A stretch of DNA of 64,000 nt from Lingula anatina (GCA_051362555.1 CM120642.1:29698001-29762000), one strand, 5' to 3'. Counted from the first letter of the stretch, positions 40,581 to 54,011 are shown. Notes: generated by a model from the letters alone, not told the origin. Translations and numbers: made by a program.

Positions 40581-42409
40581 AAATTGTGCCAGGCCTACCC
40601 AACTACCAGTCTCGGCACCTAAGGATCCTGAATTAACCGGTATATCGGACCACACTACCCGTTTTCAAGGTGTGTGTCAGATCGCATTTACAAGCACATA
40701 TTCATATTTTTGACCTGTCTCAGACTGCATTTCCCTAAAATCATTTATTGTAGATCTACGGGACCACATGTATGTGCACCACCCTTATTTGTCACTACGC
40801 CTAGTGACGATTCTTGACACAAAGAAGCGAAAAAAAAACTGTAAAAATGCTACAATGGTTCTCCAGTTTGTCTCACCTGTCGCATCCTGCTCTGCGACCT
40901 CACTGACTAAGGACTGCCTGTGTCATGTTGACAACGTCCTATGAAGACTTATCGTTTCAAAACGCAGTTCCCAAGCACAAAGAGATTTCTGTTAGTGAAT
41001 CAAGCTGAATATCAAGTTATTCAACGCAGAAGACGGCTTAACAGTGGAAGAAGAGGGCTCCGTATATTCACTGCCAAATATGTTGCTTAGTAGCGGTGCT
41101 GAAAGAGGAGACACTTCTAGTCACTTTGATTCCTAAGTCGGAGTTTCAACAGTCGGAGTTTGTGACATTATGATAAAATGATGTACAAATAATTTTGGTT
41201 GTCATTTCTGCAGGCATTTTATAATTTGCAGCAAATTATGTTATTATCATTTATCAGATCGAATGTGATCCTCACCAACATTAAGATGATTTTATAAATA
41301 TTTTTATATGCTGTGATTTTAAGGCCAGGTTTTGTGATCTCTGTCAAGATTTCAGCTAAACATGTGAAATGTTTGTTGTTTATGGAAATTAGGTTTTATT
41401 CAACTGAAAAGCTAAGGCCAAATAATTAGTGCCTGAATTTTATACCTTATATGTTGTCAACACAGAGGGTTTCAGTGAATAAGTTCACATGAACTTCATA
41501 ACTACTGGTTATCACCATGTTCTTTTTTATGTCAGAGACTTCTCTTTAATTTATCCACGGGTAAACATTGTCAACATTGAAGTTATCATCAATTGAACGT
41601 CTGCTTCTCTAATCCTCCATGATACCCCTCGCCTTGTGAAGTAGTGACTGTAGACTGTTGAGGTCTATTCCAACACAATATATAATTGATTAATTCGAGG
41701 ACTTATGGAAAAGATAGTCTAGTACGAATGAATAGGTATCATGATTTATCTCTGTACATTTTACCATCTCAAATTGGTTAATGAAAACTACTGTGTATGA
41801 AACCGTTTACGTTCCTGGTAGATCAATAGGACAGGAGCCGTACTACTCAATTATTTGGTGGGTCTGCCGCTTCCTGACAACAAACACAAATAGAACCTAA
41901 TAACCCTTTGGTTAATCAACTGTAATAACTAAGTATGGAATTTATGGGTTTGCTAACAACCGGTGGCCAAAAATAAACTATAATGCTGTGATAGCTGATT
42001 CAGCTGGTTTGAAACTTCCAGCCACTAAGTTTACGCATCGCAAATAGAGGGGAGCAAATGAATGATATTTCGATGTACAAAACATATATATATTCGGCAT
42101 AAATATATATGGGTTTAAGAGACATACAGTATATAAGCATTTACGTCGTAGCATCTACACATTACCATTATACCCAGTTCATTCAATAGGAGAGACAAAT
42201 GTCGTGGTAATAATATATTTCAACAGCTCAGCAAAATATAGCACGTATGGACTTTCATAGGAAGTACATCTCTGCACAACTTGAGTTGCCGTCATCTGGA
42301 CAATCTCTGAAGTTCCTGCATGTAACAGATACATGTAACATGTATATGTACCTGTAACAGAAACTATCATAGCGTTATGTGTAACTCGGCAAAAATATAA
42401 CCAGTGATA

Positions 42410-43840
42410 ATGACAGCATTCCCAATGACTAGTGAAATTTATGAACTTGACAATCCCAACCTTCCAGTCCTAATGACGTACACTTATGGAGAGTATGCAA
42501 TTAGTACCAACGAGACAGATCTCAATTGCACGGAAATCTTGTACGATCTTTCAATGACAAATGTCCGTCTATGTGAAGCAACAGGAAATTGGTTGATTTG
42601 TCTTTCATTTCGCTTACGTTTGATAGGCCGCCCAGTGGTGTACGTGTTGGGATTACTAGCAAATGCATGTGCCATTTGTGTGCTCACCAGACCCTCCTTA
42701 CGTAAGAACACTACATGCATATTTCTTATTGGAGTTGCAGTGGCAGACATGTTCGTATTGGTCACCGGATTCCTCTTCTGGGCCGAGTACGAACTACGTG
42801 ATAGTCACGCCATGTCGGCTAATCCTTACGTATGTAAATTAACTTTATTTACAGTTTATACTGCCCCCGAAATAAGTGCACTCTTATTAGTGATAATGAG
42901 TGCAGAGAGATTAATGAAAATCCGTTACCCGCTTCGTTGGTCACTATATTCCAACCCTTGTACTGCGAAGATAGCCGTTCTACTTGTCAGTGGTGTTGCT
43001 ATTGCGATTAACGGTCATATTTTCTTTGCCGATATGTACTTTTCTATTTGCGGTTTTGACATTTGCTGGAATACCTATCACGACAGCGTGGATTTACTTG
43101 TCAACCATACTGACGGCGTGACGTACTTCTTTGCATACGTCAACAGATGGATCTCACTTGCTTTATACTGGATTGTGCCTCTTCTTAGCCTTCCTGTTAT
43201 TAACGGATTTATCATAAGGTCAATACGAAAAAGAGAGAAAAAACTAAAATACATTCGTCACTGCAATAATAAACCGAGCCATTCTCAAGGACAAATAACC
43301 AAAATGTTACTACTTGTGACTTTTGCATTTTTGACCATGGTATCAGGTTTGAATTTCATTCAAATAGGAATAGTAAACATAAGTGATATTGATGATATTG
43401 ATGCACGTGCGACATACACCATTTTCTATTCTATTTTTATTTTATTATTCTACCTGAACCATGCCTCAAATTTCTTTCTGTATTGTCTTAGCGGACAGCG
43501 TTACCGCCAGGAACTAAAAGATACAATAAGAATTGTTCTAGGACGATTTGGCTGTCAACGCAAAACCGCCATTCCGGCAAACACAGGGGATAATGGTCAT
43601 TTGAATCACATAGCACAGGAACAATCTAGCTCCAGATTCGAAGACAGCAATGACGAAAGTTTCGATCCAGGTGTTTTTGAACCCAGGAAGATGGTCAGAT
43701 ACGGGAGCATTCTTGATAACGCCAACACGAAGGATTGTACGGGTGTCATACAAAGTTTAAGTATGTCACAGGTTACCGCTGACTGCTCCCCAGCTGATGA
43801 CGCTGAAACATTAGAAAACGTGTCATCCACACACATGTAA
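42410..43840 (+). CDS. Intronless class A orphan GPCR, GPCR3 (476 aa from first ATG)
   Basis: Single ORF with seven TM segments; GLLAN, VAVAD, SAERL, NHASNFFLYCL; shares RLIGRP, APE(I/M)SA and ICWN.YHDS with GPCR1/2. First ATG is 42410 (the ORF track starts at GTG). Confidence 0.92.
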   Translation: MTAFPMTSEIYELDNPNLPVLMTYTYGEYAISTNETDLNCTEILYDLSMTNVRLCEATGNWLICLSFRLRLIGRPVVYVLGLLANACAICVLTRPSLRKNTTCIFLIGVAVADMFVLVTGFLFWAEYELRDSHAMSANPYVCKLTLFTVYTAPEISALLLVIMSAERLMKIRYPLRWSLYSNPCTAKIAVLLVSGVAIAINGHIFFADMYFSICGFDICWNTYHDSVDLLVNHTDGVTYFFAYVNRWISLALYWIVPLLSLPVINGFIIRSIRKREKKLKYIRHCNNKPSHSQGQITKMLLLVTFAFLTMVSGLNFIQIGIVNISDIDDIDARATYTIFYSIFILLFYLNHASNFFLYCLSGQRYRQELKDTIRIVLGRFGCQRKTAIPANTGDNGHLNHIAQEQSSSRFEDSNDESFDPGVFEPRKMVRYGSILDNANTKDCTGVIQSLSMSQVTADCSPADDAETLENVSSTHM

Positions 43841-44098
43841 TATAACGCTCATAATGCTACGGGCCTTGTGCTTAACATGGATTTTTAACATGAGCATACT
43901 GTGCTCAATATCCTTGTGTAATCCCATTTTAAACATGACATTGTAGTTTGTTAAACCATGATGTTTCCTCACAAGGGCACAGTAACAAGTATGCCCAACC
44001 AGTTGTTTTAACAAAAAAGGATGTCGACTGTTCGTATAAGATTCATATTTCACAATAAGTATTCTGTAAGCAACTCATAGAAATATATAATAAATTCC

Positions 44099-44380
44099 AC
44101 GGGGGATCATGGTCATTCGAATCACAAAAACACAGGAACAATCTTGCTCCTGATTCGAAAACAGCAATGACGAAAGTTTTGATCCAGGTGTTTTTGAACC
44201 CAACATGTGTATTGCATTTGCATGCACAAGCACTAAGACAATTTAAGTGCTCTTCGTAACGCCACCACACAGGATACTACGGGTGACGTACAAAGGTTAA
44301 GTGTTTCACAGGTTACCGCTAACTGCCCCACAGCTGACAATGCTGGTCTATCTGAAACCGTGTTTTCCACACACATGTAA
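44099..44380 (+). pseudogene. Chimeric GPCR C-tail fragment
   Basis: The 5' half matches the GPCR3/4 tail (..NDESFDPGVFEP) and the 3' half matches the GPCR5 tail (..TQDTTGDVQRLSVSQV..TVFSTHM*). Contains a stop and frameshifts; no TM region. Confidence 0.85.
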
Positions 44381-45088
44381 TATAACACTCTTTATAATAC
44401 TACAGAAATAGGGACATTTTTTGTTCTGTTTAATAATTACATGAAACTTATGTGGCGAAGGGAGTCACCGGTATGTTTTGTAATGGAATTTAAAAAATAA
44501 TTATGCGATAAGGCTTATATATTATAGTGACACGATTAAAATTAACTAAAAAGAAATATGTAATTATTAAAGGTGGGGGTGCAAATGCGCATTTGTGCTA
44601 CGGAGCTGTAGCTTTACTTTTACATTGAGGATACTGTGCGCAATACTCTTGTGTAATCAAATGTAAGCGTCACATCTTGTAAAATGTTAGAACAATCTGA
44701 TTTCTGGAAATGACGTTGGTGTATTCCATGGTGCATTTATCCATCTTTTATTTAGTGCTCTGTTGATTTTGCTCATTTGTGAAGAAGTAATAATAAGCAA
44801 TTGTCACATGGCAATGGTAATAATAAGAATATGTCTACTTTTGTAACTAAAAGTTGGTTTGTTCATTCACTAAAAGAGAGTGATAAAAGCAGCCCAAACA
44901 ACTTTGGAAATTGGTCACTAAAACATAAATGAGTCATTCTTTACTCAAGATATTAAATCCATCAGCTTCTTGAAAGTCGTTCAAAGCAACGCTAAGAATG
45001 TTTATCCATAATATACCGTTTCAGTAAGGAAAATATGCCTTAAATAACAACAATAAAAATAGTATTTTAATTTTTTTAAAATAATAGT

Positions 45089-45130
45089 AACTAGAAATGC
45101 ACTCAGAGATCACATACCTCCACCAAGAAT
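45089..45130 (+). mobile_element. Terminus of a Helentron-associated/DINE-like non-autonomous element (second copy near 60972-61010)
   Basis: AACTAGAAATGCACTCAGAGATCACATACCTCCACCAAG resembles, from memory, the AACTAGAAAAGCACTCAGAGAGCGCAGACCTCCGCCAAG terminus. The other end was not located. Confidence 0.4.
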
Positions 45131-47019
45131 GTGTAAACAAATGTCTATACGTCGATCAAATAAGTAAATGAGAATGGCTGCGCGTTAATAGCTTTAACTA
45201 TTCCACAAACTAGAAATCAGGATACCGGTATACAGTTTAAAACGAAAATGAGACCCTGTATGTACATTTTTTGGCAAAAATAAACAAGCATTTGCCAAGG
45301 AAGTGTTAAGGTCCGTGTTTCGTGAAGACCGATATTGAAGTCATAGTTTCAAAGACAAAACTTTACAGAACCTCGCAAAAAAGGGAGCTTGCGATCACGT
45401 TAAAATTGTTAGGTGAAGTCGTACAGTGGACCGGTTTTGGAAACATTAGGGATGCGTGTTTACCACCCGCCCCTAAGGTGCACATAAATGCAAAAACTGT
45501 TGGAAAACTTTGCTTTCTTATATATTTTCATTATGTATGCATCTCCCACACACTTTTTGCACATTTGACAGATTGCTTTGTGATCTCCCAGAGTCTGCCC
45601 AATTAAAAATTCACAAGCTCGCCGCCACCGTTGGGACGAACAATAAACTTTCAATAGTTTCTAGACTGTTCACATGGTTGCACACTCACCCAGTCGCATT
45701 TGCTATTCAGAGGAAACAAATGTTTAATGGAATAGGTTGTCGACTATTGCTTCACGCCTCCATGATTATCGGGGGACTGGAAAGAAAAACGTTAATAGTT
45801 CGTAGTGGTGTTTCTTTATTTCAGAGAAGATATACAATTTATAACACTAAATACGCTAGCAGAGCCAAAGGTTTTCTCCGGCATTGTGGACGCTGCAAAG
45901 CTAACAGTCTGGACTGTAATAAACGATAAAAGATGAAATAAACTGTGACATGTAAAAAATGCAATTTACTGTAACAAACATTTAGAAAATATATAGACAA
46001 TGAATGGTAATTTCTAACTTATTTAAAGTCTGTTACATATTTCAAGGTTCAATAACTTCAAAAGTATACAAGCTGTAAAATTTAAATTTCGCTTCGTGAA
46101 GCATTTTTAATATTATCATCAAGAAAACAACATATTGACAGGTGCCGTTACTGCCAGACACTGGCACTTGTCAGAAGCTACATAAGCCGCCATGGCACTT
46201 TATACTTAAAATTTCAATTTTTCGGTGTGCCTATATCGGTGTGCCTATAGAGAGCAAGAGTCGTTAAATTTTCAGCATTTATTTAAAACGTCATCTTTCT
46301 CAACTGCTCCAATTTCATCGCAATATTTTCAAAACTGTTTCTGGTTTTATCGTTCTTTTCAGCCATCATTTTTCTATGTCGGCTGCAGGTGCGAATAGGG
46401 AGTATGAAATAGGACCACAAAGCTTTTTGTTGGGCCAAGTTACTCCACCGCCTCTATCCGTCACCCATACCTCTGGATGGTTCTTGAAACAAGGAAGAGT
46501 GTGTAAAAATGCTACAATGGTTGTTCCTTTTAGTCCCAACTGTCGCATCAGGATCAACGGCTTCACTGACTTAGGTCTTGCAGCAAATTATATTATTGCC
46601 ATTTCCAGATCGACTGAAATTGAAGTGATTAATTATTATTATTATTATTATTATTATTATTTTTTTTTTTTTTTTTTTTTTGTATAGTGTATGTTTTAAG
46701 GCCAGTTTTTACGCTATCTGTCATCATTTTTTCTGTTGAACATGTAAAATTTGTTCTGGTTATAGAACTGAAGCTTTGATAAACTGAAAAGATACTTTCA
46801 AATAATGTGTTCCTGAATTCTACACATTATGTGTAGTCGACACTGATTGAATAAGTTCACATGTATTTCATTACAACTGGTTAATACCACCATGATGGTT
46901 TCATATATTTGTTAAAGAGGGGTCTTTTATTCTTCCACGAGTAAACTTCGTTGAAATCCTTATCTCTAATCCTCCATGATTCCCCGTGACTTGTAAAAAG
47001 TAGAACAAATAGATACGGA

Positions 47020-47900
47020 AGCAGGGCTGTATGTGTTGCTATGGTCCTCTCTACTAGACTCGACTGAGAAATATCGTCAATCCCATGCATAAATTCTTGC
47101 TGGACCTCGATGATTTGATACCAGATGGAATCAAATTATTTCTACACCGGATAAATCCTTATGCCTTCACACATCTGGCAATTCCAAGTCTTTTACTTCA
47201 TACAGGTAGGTCTTCCGTCTCCACGCATTTCAGATGACAGTGGCAAAAGCTTATTGCTCACTCGATCAGGACTGCAAATGGAAAATCTTGTAGAAAAGGC
47301 GCGTTAGGCAGTGGTCATCTCACAAGCAGCCGGGACCTCTGCTTAGAGCGTCATTTCTACATATATAAATTTCATTAAGTTCGCAATGAAGGTTTTTTCA
47401 TATAAACACCTCGATAAAGTTCGATATTGGGATGTGTTTGACCACAATTAATTTGCATACTAAGTTTGATTGCTTGTAATGTTTGTAAAGCTCTTATTTC
47501 TGTTGCACATTGAAGGTATTCATCAGATTCGCAGGGAAGGCTTTGTAAATATGAATACCTCGCTCAAGTTTGATTTCCGAATGTTTCAGCTTCGACGAAT
47601 TTGTTTACCGCGCTAAGATCCTTGATATGCAGTTTGAGGACGCGACACATTTGCCTCGCAGAATTCTCTGTTAGCCTCCAATTCGTGTGTTGAAGTTGGC
47701 AGACTGAAAGTGACCAAGTTATACTGGCCTCCAATGCCCTTGGCTTGCATACCTTAAAGAATGACAGTCACTCAAGGTACGGTATGCAATATGGAAAGTA
47801 ATAAGTAGTTCTCTAATTGGCTCGTATCGTTTGAATGAGAAGAACATTAACACAGGATTTGCAAAATCAGTTAATTCCATTTGACTAATGCAATGCACAA
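47020..47900 (+). pseudogene. Decayed leucine-rich-repeat-like coding remnant (duplicate at about 62920-63690)
   Basis: Broken frames read RINPYAFTHLA, IHQIRREGFVNMNTSLKFDFRMFQLRRI, VILASNAL and LQNQLIPFD*C (LRR and LRR-CT-like), with an internal ~150 nt-spaced repeat. Absent from the homologous spacer near 41640-41700. Confidence 0.35.
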
Positions 47901-48283
47901 TAGAGACGCCAACTCATTTTATTTTATTCAATTTCAATGCAACAGACAAATGAAAAGTGTGTAGAATTATGAAATTAATAGTCTAGTATGTACGTATACC
48001 CATCAGGATTTTTTTTTGTACATTTTACCAGCCGGATCTGTTTGATGAAACTTTTTATGTTCCTGGTAGATCAATAGAACACCTCCAGGAGGAACAACCC
48101 AATTATTTGTTGGATCTTCCGTCGCTTCTTGACGAAAAAGGTAGCCATAGCTTGTGCCAATGCAGTAACCCCTTTCATCATGTTTGCAATGTATAATTAA
48201 TGATGGTAAAACAACACTTAAAAAGAGACAATGATGTCATGTTTTATTAATAAAACTTAATGGGGTTTTATTGTTCTATGTAA

Positions 48284-48513
48284 GCTCCAGATTTGAAGAC
48301 AGTAATGACGAAAGTATTGGTCCAGGTGTTTTTAAATCGAGCAAATTGGTCAGATACGAGAGCAGTCTCACTCAGACGAGTACTCTTGATAACGATAGCA
48401 CGAAGGATTGTACGGGTGTCATACAAAGTTTAAGTATGTCGCGGGTTACCGCTGTCTGCTCCACAACTGATGATGTTGAATCACCAGAACATGTTTTCTC
48501 CACACACATGTAA
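48284..48513 (+). pseudogene. GPCR C-tail fragment left by a deletion
   Basis: SSRFEDSNDES..PGVFKSSKLVRY...VFSTHM* is fused directly to upstream spacer sequence. Its 3' flank matches the GPCR4 flank 56301-56523. Confidence 0.85.
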
Positions 48514-49581
48514 TATAACACTCATAATGTTAAGGACCTGCTGCTTAACACGATTTTTAACAAGCTTAAGGACACTGTACTTTTTAACATTTTTTAACAA
48601 GAGGATACTGTGCTCAGTATTCTTGTGTAAGCCCATTTTAAACATGATATATTGTAGAATGTTAAGGTATGATGTTTCCTCACAAAGGCTCAGTATCATA
48701 GAGGCCTAACCAGCTGTTTTAAGGATAAGAACTGTTGGTATGAAATTCATATTTCACAGTGAAAGCGGTTATCAATGAAGGCATAATTTGTCCTAAAAGT
48801 ATTACATCATTCGCTCTTATTTCAAATTGTCTCTCACGAAGCATAATCTTGCTATTAATTGCAATATTTGATCAATTCTTTTGAAAAATAAAGTTGAAAA
48901 AATGTAAGAACATAATATGCACCGTTATTGACGTTTTAACCAAAGTAGTTGTAGACAGCTAATGCATTTGTAGTGAAGTTGCCATGAATGCTATTGAGTG
49001 ATTTTCCGTGCGAAGTGAAAGTTTAAAACATGCCACTGTAGTGTCTCAAACATGTAATCAAGAGAAAATTAAAAGCGATAACGAGTGAAACATCGAATAA
49101 ACATAACCTGTATATATAATGTATGTTAAAGACAGCAACCAAATATCAATGACAAAGAAAACCTTAAAATTATCAAATCATTGTGTATAGTGGAACCATC
49201 CACTCATCAGTTCACTGGTTAACATTGAAGCTGTTTCTAGGGAAACCGTTCAACAATTTGAAACGGATGCATCTCCTATTTATTAAAAAACCAGTAAAAA
49301 TGCAATGAAAAAAGCATTTAAATTTTCTTTTCTATGAAAAAAATGTTTAATAATTTCTATTGTCTCATTTTGGGGTTTATATATAATGTATAGGAAATAA
49401 CTACAATGGAATAACAATGACAAAAATGCTTTTGATTTTTGGTCAGAGATTTATAGAGGGCACCGTATCTTGAAAAAATAGGTAACCACAGCTTGTGCCC
49501 AGAAACCCCTTTGGTCATGTTTCCAATGTATAATTAATGCTGGTAAAACAACACTTGCAAAGAGAGAATGGTGTTGTGTTT

Positions 49582-49803
49582 TATTAATAAACCTTAATGG
49601 GGTTTTATTGTTCTATGTAAGGTTTATAAATTGGAACACCTTAGTATAAAATTGATTTGCTTGCTAATCCCCGGTGACAAAAAAGTAAACGATCGTGTTG
49701 TGGCAGTTGATCAAGATACTTCCCGGCGTCCTCCAGGCTAGTTTGTTTAAACTCCATCAGCAATGACAGGCATCGAGTTTACGCACTGCAAAAGGGGTGG
49801 GGG

Positions 49804-49870
<67 letters not shown>

Positions 49871-50324
49871 AGGTGATAATACCAACTTTTTGTACTACCC
49901 CCCTGAAATTATGTAATGGGTCTTAAAAGACATAACAGTTTTTTTTTAGAATTTTTAAACCCCTTGTGGGGAACCCCCTTTAGACCACCCCGGGCTCCCA
50001 CATTACGTAAAATTACTTTTAATAATAAAACCCCCTAGAGGTTTGGGCACAATGGGCTCACATCTTTGGATAACGCTACCTGTACTGCAGGTATTAATAA
50101 ACTATTAATAAACCTTAATGGGGTTTTATTGTTCTATGTAAGGTTTATAAATTGGAACACCTTAGTATAAAATTGATTTGCTTGCTAATCCCCGGTGACA
50201 AAAAAGTAAACGATCGTGTTGTGGCAGTTGATCAAGATACTTCCCGGCGTCCTCCAGGCTAGTTTGTTTAAACTCCATCAGCAATGACAGGCATCGAGTT
50301 TACGCACTGCAAAAGGGGTGGGGG

Positions 50325-50365
<41 letters not shown>

Positions 50366-50583
50366 AGGTGATAATACCAACTTTTTGTACTACCCCCCTG
50401 AAATTATGTAATGGGTCTTAAAAGACATAACAGTTTTTTTTTAGAATTTTTAAACCCCTTGTGGGGAACCCCCTTTAGACCACCCCGGGCTCCCACATTA
50501 CGTAAAATTACTTTTAATAATAAAACCCCCTAGAGGTTTGGGCACAATGGGCTCACATCTTTGGATAACGCTACCTGTACTGC
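49582..50583 (+). repeat. Near-identical tandem duplication (49582-50088 and 50103-50583)
   Basis: The copies differ visibly only in G-run and (TA)n length. The junction carries an extra TATTAATAAAC. Confidence 0.92.
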
Positions 50584-53500
50584 TACAGAGATTCCCAGGT
50601 TCCTGATCTTAAATTCTGCACACGGAAAAGAATGGAACGACTCCATGTTGTAACTTCAACAGAATATATTTTGCTACACTAAAAGTTACATGATACAAGT
50701 ATGACTTCTCTCTCCTCCTCTCTCTACATCTTACTCTCTATTCAGTCTCACATCTCATATAACTCTTCCTCTTAGATTTAAGTTTACAGGTTTTATACTA
50801 AACTTTATCAGTTAAACTGTCAATCACATAAAAACTCATTGGTTACTTCATACCCAAGTCCACTCTCTTCCTGGTGGTCACTGTTAATAACTCCGTGTAA
50901 TCAAGCTCTAACAGATTACTGGCTTCGAAACAAAGGACATAAAAATTTGAAATGCAAGGTGTGAAGTATTATCTAAAGCTACTTATACAACATGGCTTCT
51001 CACGTATGAATTTTATGAAACAATTGCTTCCTCTGATTGAATTAATACTACACCTAGTATGCAAGTTTAAAAAGTACTAATTACACTTTTTTCTATAGGT
51101 CCACTGTGGTTCCTGACACACTTTAACCCCCCTGTACATAACCCTCTGAAGTTTGCCATATTCGAAAATTACTAATTTGTTGCAATTTTTGCAATTTTTT
51201 GCATTTTCTTCGTGGTATTTGCCCTTCTTAATGTACCAAAGGCTTAGAGAAATATATTCTTGTATTTTTTTATCCACAAATATCAAGATAAAACCAGTTT
51301 CAACATCATTGCTAAAAAAATAACGAAAAATTAGACCATTTGTGCTCATAATCGTTTAGGACAGACCCATATTTTATGTCACACTGAATATGCTATATCT
51401 GAATAGTATTTTTAATACATCAAAATAATCCTTGATAATTGGCCTTTTTTTTTTGGTATGAAACAATAGTCACCTTGGTCTCAGGGTTTTCACCTACACA
51501 TCAGAATTTACCCCTACCCCCTTTATCATGCAGGCGGTTGCTTGTCTTATGTGATTTGGGGGGTTCAATACCTCTTTTGAATGATAAGTCAGCACCAGAA
51601 ACTATGTTCTTATAATAAAACTATAAATTTCAATTATATTTATGTTTAATAATAACTGTTCCAAATATTGCACAGCCCTACAGATACTTGGTAAAATAGC
51701 AATTCTAAGACATCTGCCAACCCCTTGCTTGATTTTGTTGCCTTGGAGGACATGCAAGTGAGTGTGAAATGAAGATGTTTTGTCAAATGTTTAATTCAGA
51801 AAATTTTTTCTATCTTTGAAAAGAGATGCCCAACAGAATAATGTTGGATATTTACTAGTATATATTCAGGGAACAAGCAAAGCAGTACCTGTCTGTGAAG
51901 TGCAAGAATTAAATGTGGCAGATCATATATGATGATATATAAAGGTGAAGGAGTTCAATATAAACTTGACAAAGAATATTTATGATCAAAGCCACATCAT
52001 AAGTACAATGTTTTAATACATTACCCCAATATGACAAAGAAAACTGCTAAGTATGTAACTTAGTTATATCATCAACATTCTTTGTCATGTTTAGATTGAA
52101 CTAGATCCTATACATACAGTATACATGTACCATCCATCCTTTCTCCATCCTTTCTCCATCCATGTATTTCACACTGCAACCCAGCTTCATTAGTTCCTTC
52201 AATTTATTATTATACAACATTATACAGTTGGAAATGTTCTACTCAAAGAGGGGAAAGATATTCTTGGACATGCAGACATTAGATATTGCAATGGCAACTT
52301 CTTTGCTGGTCTCAGTTTATGACAATGAGTGTTTCCTGTCTGCATACATGAAGAACCAAGATATATCATCCATTATTTTTCATGATCTTAAGATAATCTC
52401 CCTCTGGTTGCTTGAGGTGAGGATAATTCTAATTGTTCCCTACAATTCACATCCAACTAAACTTAAGATCTCATCACTCCTTGCTTTGACTGAGATTTTG
52501 GCTTTTCCATCAAGCTTGACAATGTACTACCAACACACAAGGTGACCAAACTCCCATTTCAAATGTAACATAAAAAAATATTTCTTACAACCCTAAATAT
52601 GAACATATGAAAAGGAACAGTACAAAGTATGGGCCATTTAATTGCTGATGATGAAACACTTGTTAGGGCATTTTGTCAGTGATTTTGAAAATGGTGATTT
52701 TATCAACCTAGATGGTTGTTGTGAAAAAAGCTGTCCCATCTGTTAAGCATCCATTTCTGCCAAAGCAAATACCTGTTAATAAAAAATCAGGAGATTCAGC
52801 CAACCATATTCCATACAGGTACTGGGGTATATACAGTACATACTGCTTGTTTCTACATTTGTTACACATACTTTGTATGCAATCCAAAAATGGTGTTTTT
52901 TATTGATCTAAATAATGCTCATAGCTCAAATTTCTCATTAGAAATGGACTCTCTGGCCCATTTTGCCTTTGGAAACACCCATTCCTCTAGGGTTTTCCAA
53001 AGAAGTTATTATTTACCCTTCCCTATTATTTACAACAAAACGCAAGTGTTGATAATCACCAAAAAATAACGTTTGTATCATGTATTTATTTACTTCTGCA
53101 TCCATAGACCTACAGATGAGTTCATTCAGACAACTTAAAGAAAGGAAATGTGTATTTGAGCATCTTAACATCAATTAAAGTACTAAACTGTGGTGACAGA
53201 TATATACGAGTATCAGTGCAAATGTAAACAGCTCGACAGATGGATCTAACAAAAAATGCAAAAATTGTTCCAGGTTCTCCTGATGCAGGTAGTTTGTATG
53301 CATCCTGAATTACATTAATGTTTTAGGGCGCATTCCCATAGATTTTTGATCAATCTATCCCCGTGGGGAGTCTCACTAGATAACTGTCAGATAATCCGGC
53401 TTAAATGTCTGTCCTGCCTACTACAAGCTGTAAGGGGGTAATTAACTTTCGTGCCCGCTCGGCTGACAGCTATTTAGCGTGAACCCCCAGGGAGTTAGGT

Positions 53501-54011
53501 CAATCTGGTTGGATAGATCTAATCTCTGGGAATGGGGTCTAATTTTTTTTTAATAATAAAATAGAAATAGTTAACTATGGCCATACAAGATACTAGGCTT
53601 CATTGGTGAACAAATAGGCAGTTGCAAATAAATGTATGTAAGCATATGCATGGAATATTGCAGAAGTCGCTTAAATGTGAGTTTTTCATATCTTTCAACT
53701 CCCAAGAACAAATAACAGGATTTCTATAGAATGTACATATAGGAAACATATACTTCATACTGCAAACATAATATGTTATCCATTGTGAGCATTTTAATTA
53801 CTCACAATATGACATACTATACTTAAACGCCAAACAAGCGTCCAAACCGCTAGATCTGTGAATATCATTAACTTCAGGAGGTATGTACAGGGGGGTTAGA
53901 GGGGGTAAAAATTTCAAAAAAAAATTTTTTACACTTCTTATGTCCCATTACATAAATTCAGGGGGGTAGACCTTGTCTTTTCTAAAAAAAGTGAAATAAC
54001 ACCCCTCCCTA
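50361..54011. mobile_element. ~3.6 kb decayed TIR DNA transposon (hATm-like) in a (TA)n tract; left end duplicated at 49866
   Basis: Imperfect TIRs TA(T/G)GGAGG... sharing CTACCCCCCTGAA(A/T)TTATGTAATGGG. An inner inverted pair lies at 51124-51153 and 53871-53900. A stop-riddled minus-strand frame at about 52190-52530 reads ..TSKEVAIAISNVCMSKNIFP... The flanks match uninterrupted paralogous sequence at 57278-57860 and from 58460. Confidence 0.6.
53326..53539. mobile_element. Harbinger-like MITE nested in the TIR element
   Basis: Termini GGGCGCATTCCCATAGATT and AATCTCTGGGAATGGGGTC, flanked by TTA and TAA. Confidence 0.6.

Larger units (their letters stand above)
44200..48283 (+). repeat. ~4 kb segmental duplication, paralog at about 59790-64000
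   Basis: Colinear high-identity match, e.g. 45510-45930 with 61388-61800 and 46881-47330 with 62790-63240. Indels include a ~480 bp insertion at about 60406-60887. Confidence 0.9.

Noticed and set aside
42179-42370. 63-aa minus ORF nearly identical to 54621-54812
   Set aside because: The identity simply reflects recent duplication of the GPCR upstream region; the more diverged copy near 57983-58186 does not keep the frame.
45322-47090. Short ORFs repeated at 61100-63003
   Set aside because: They lie in a segmental duplication, differ between copies by frameshifts, and show no recognisable domain.
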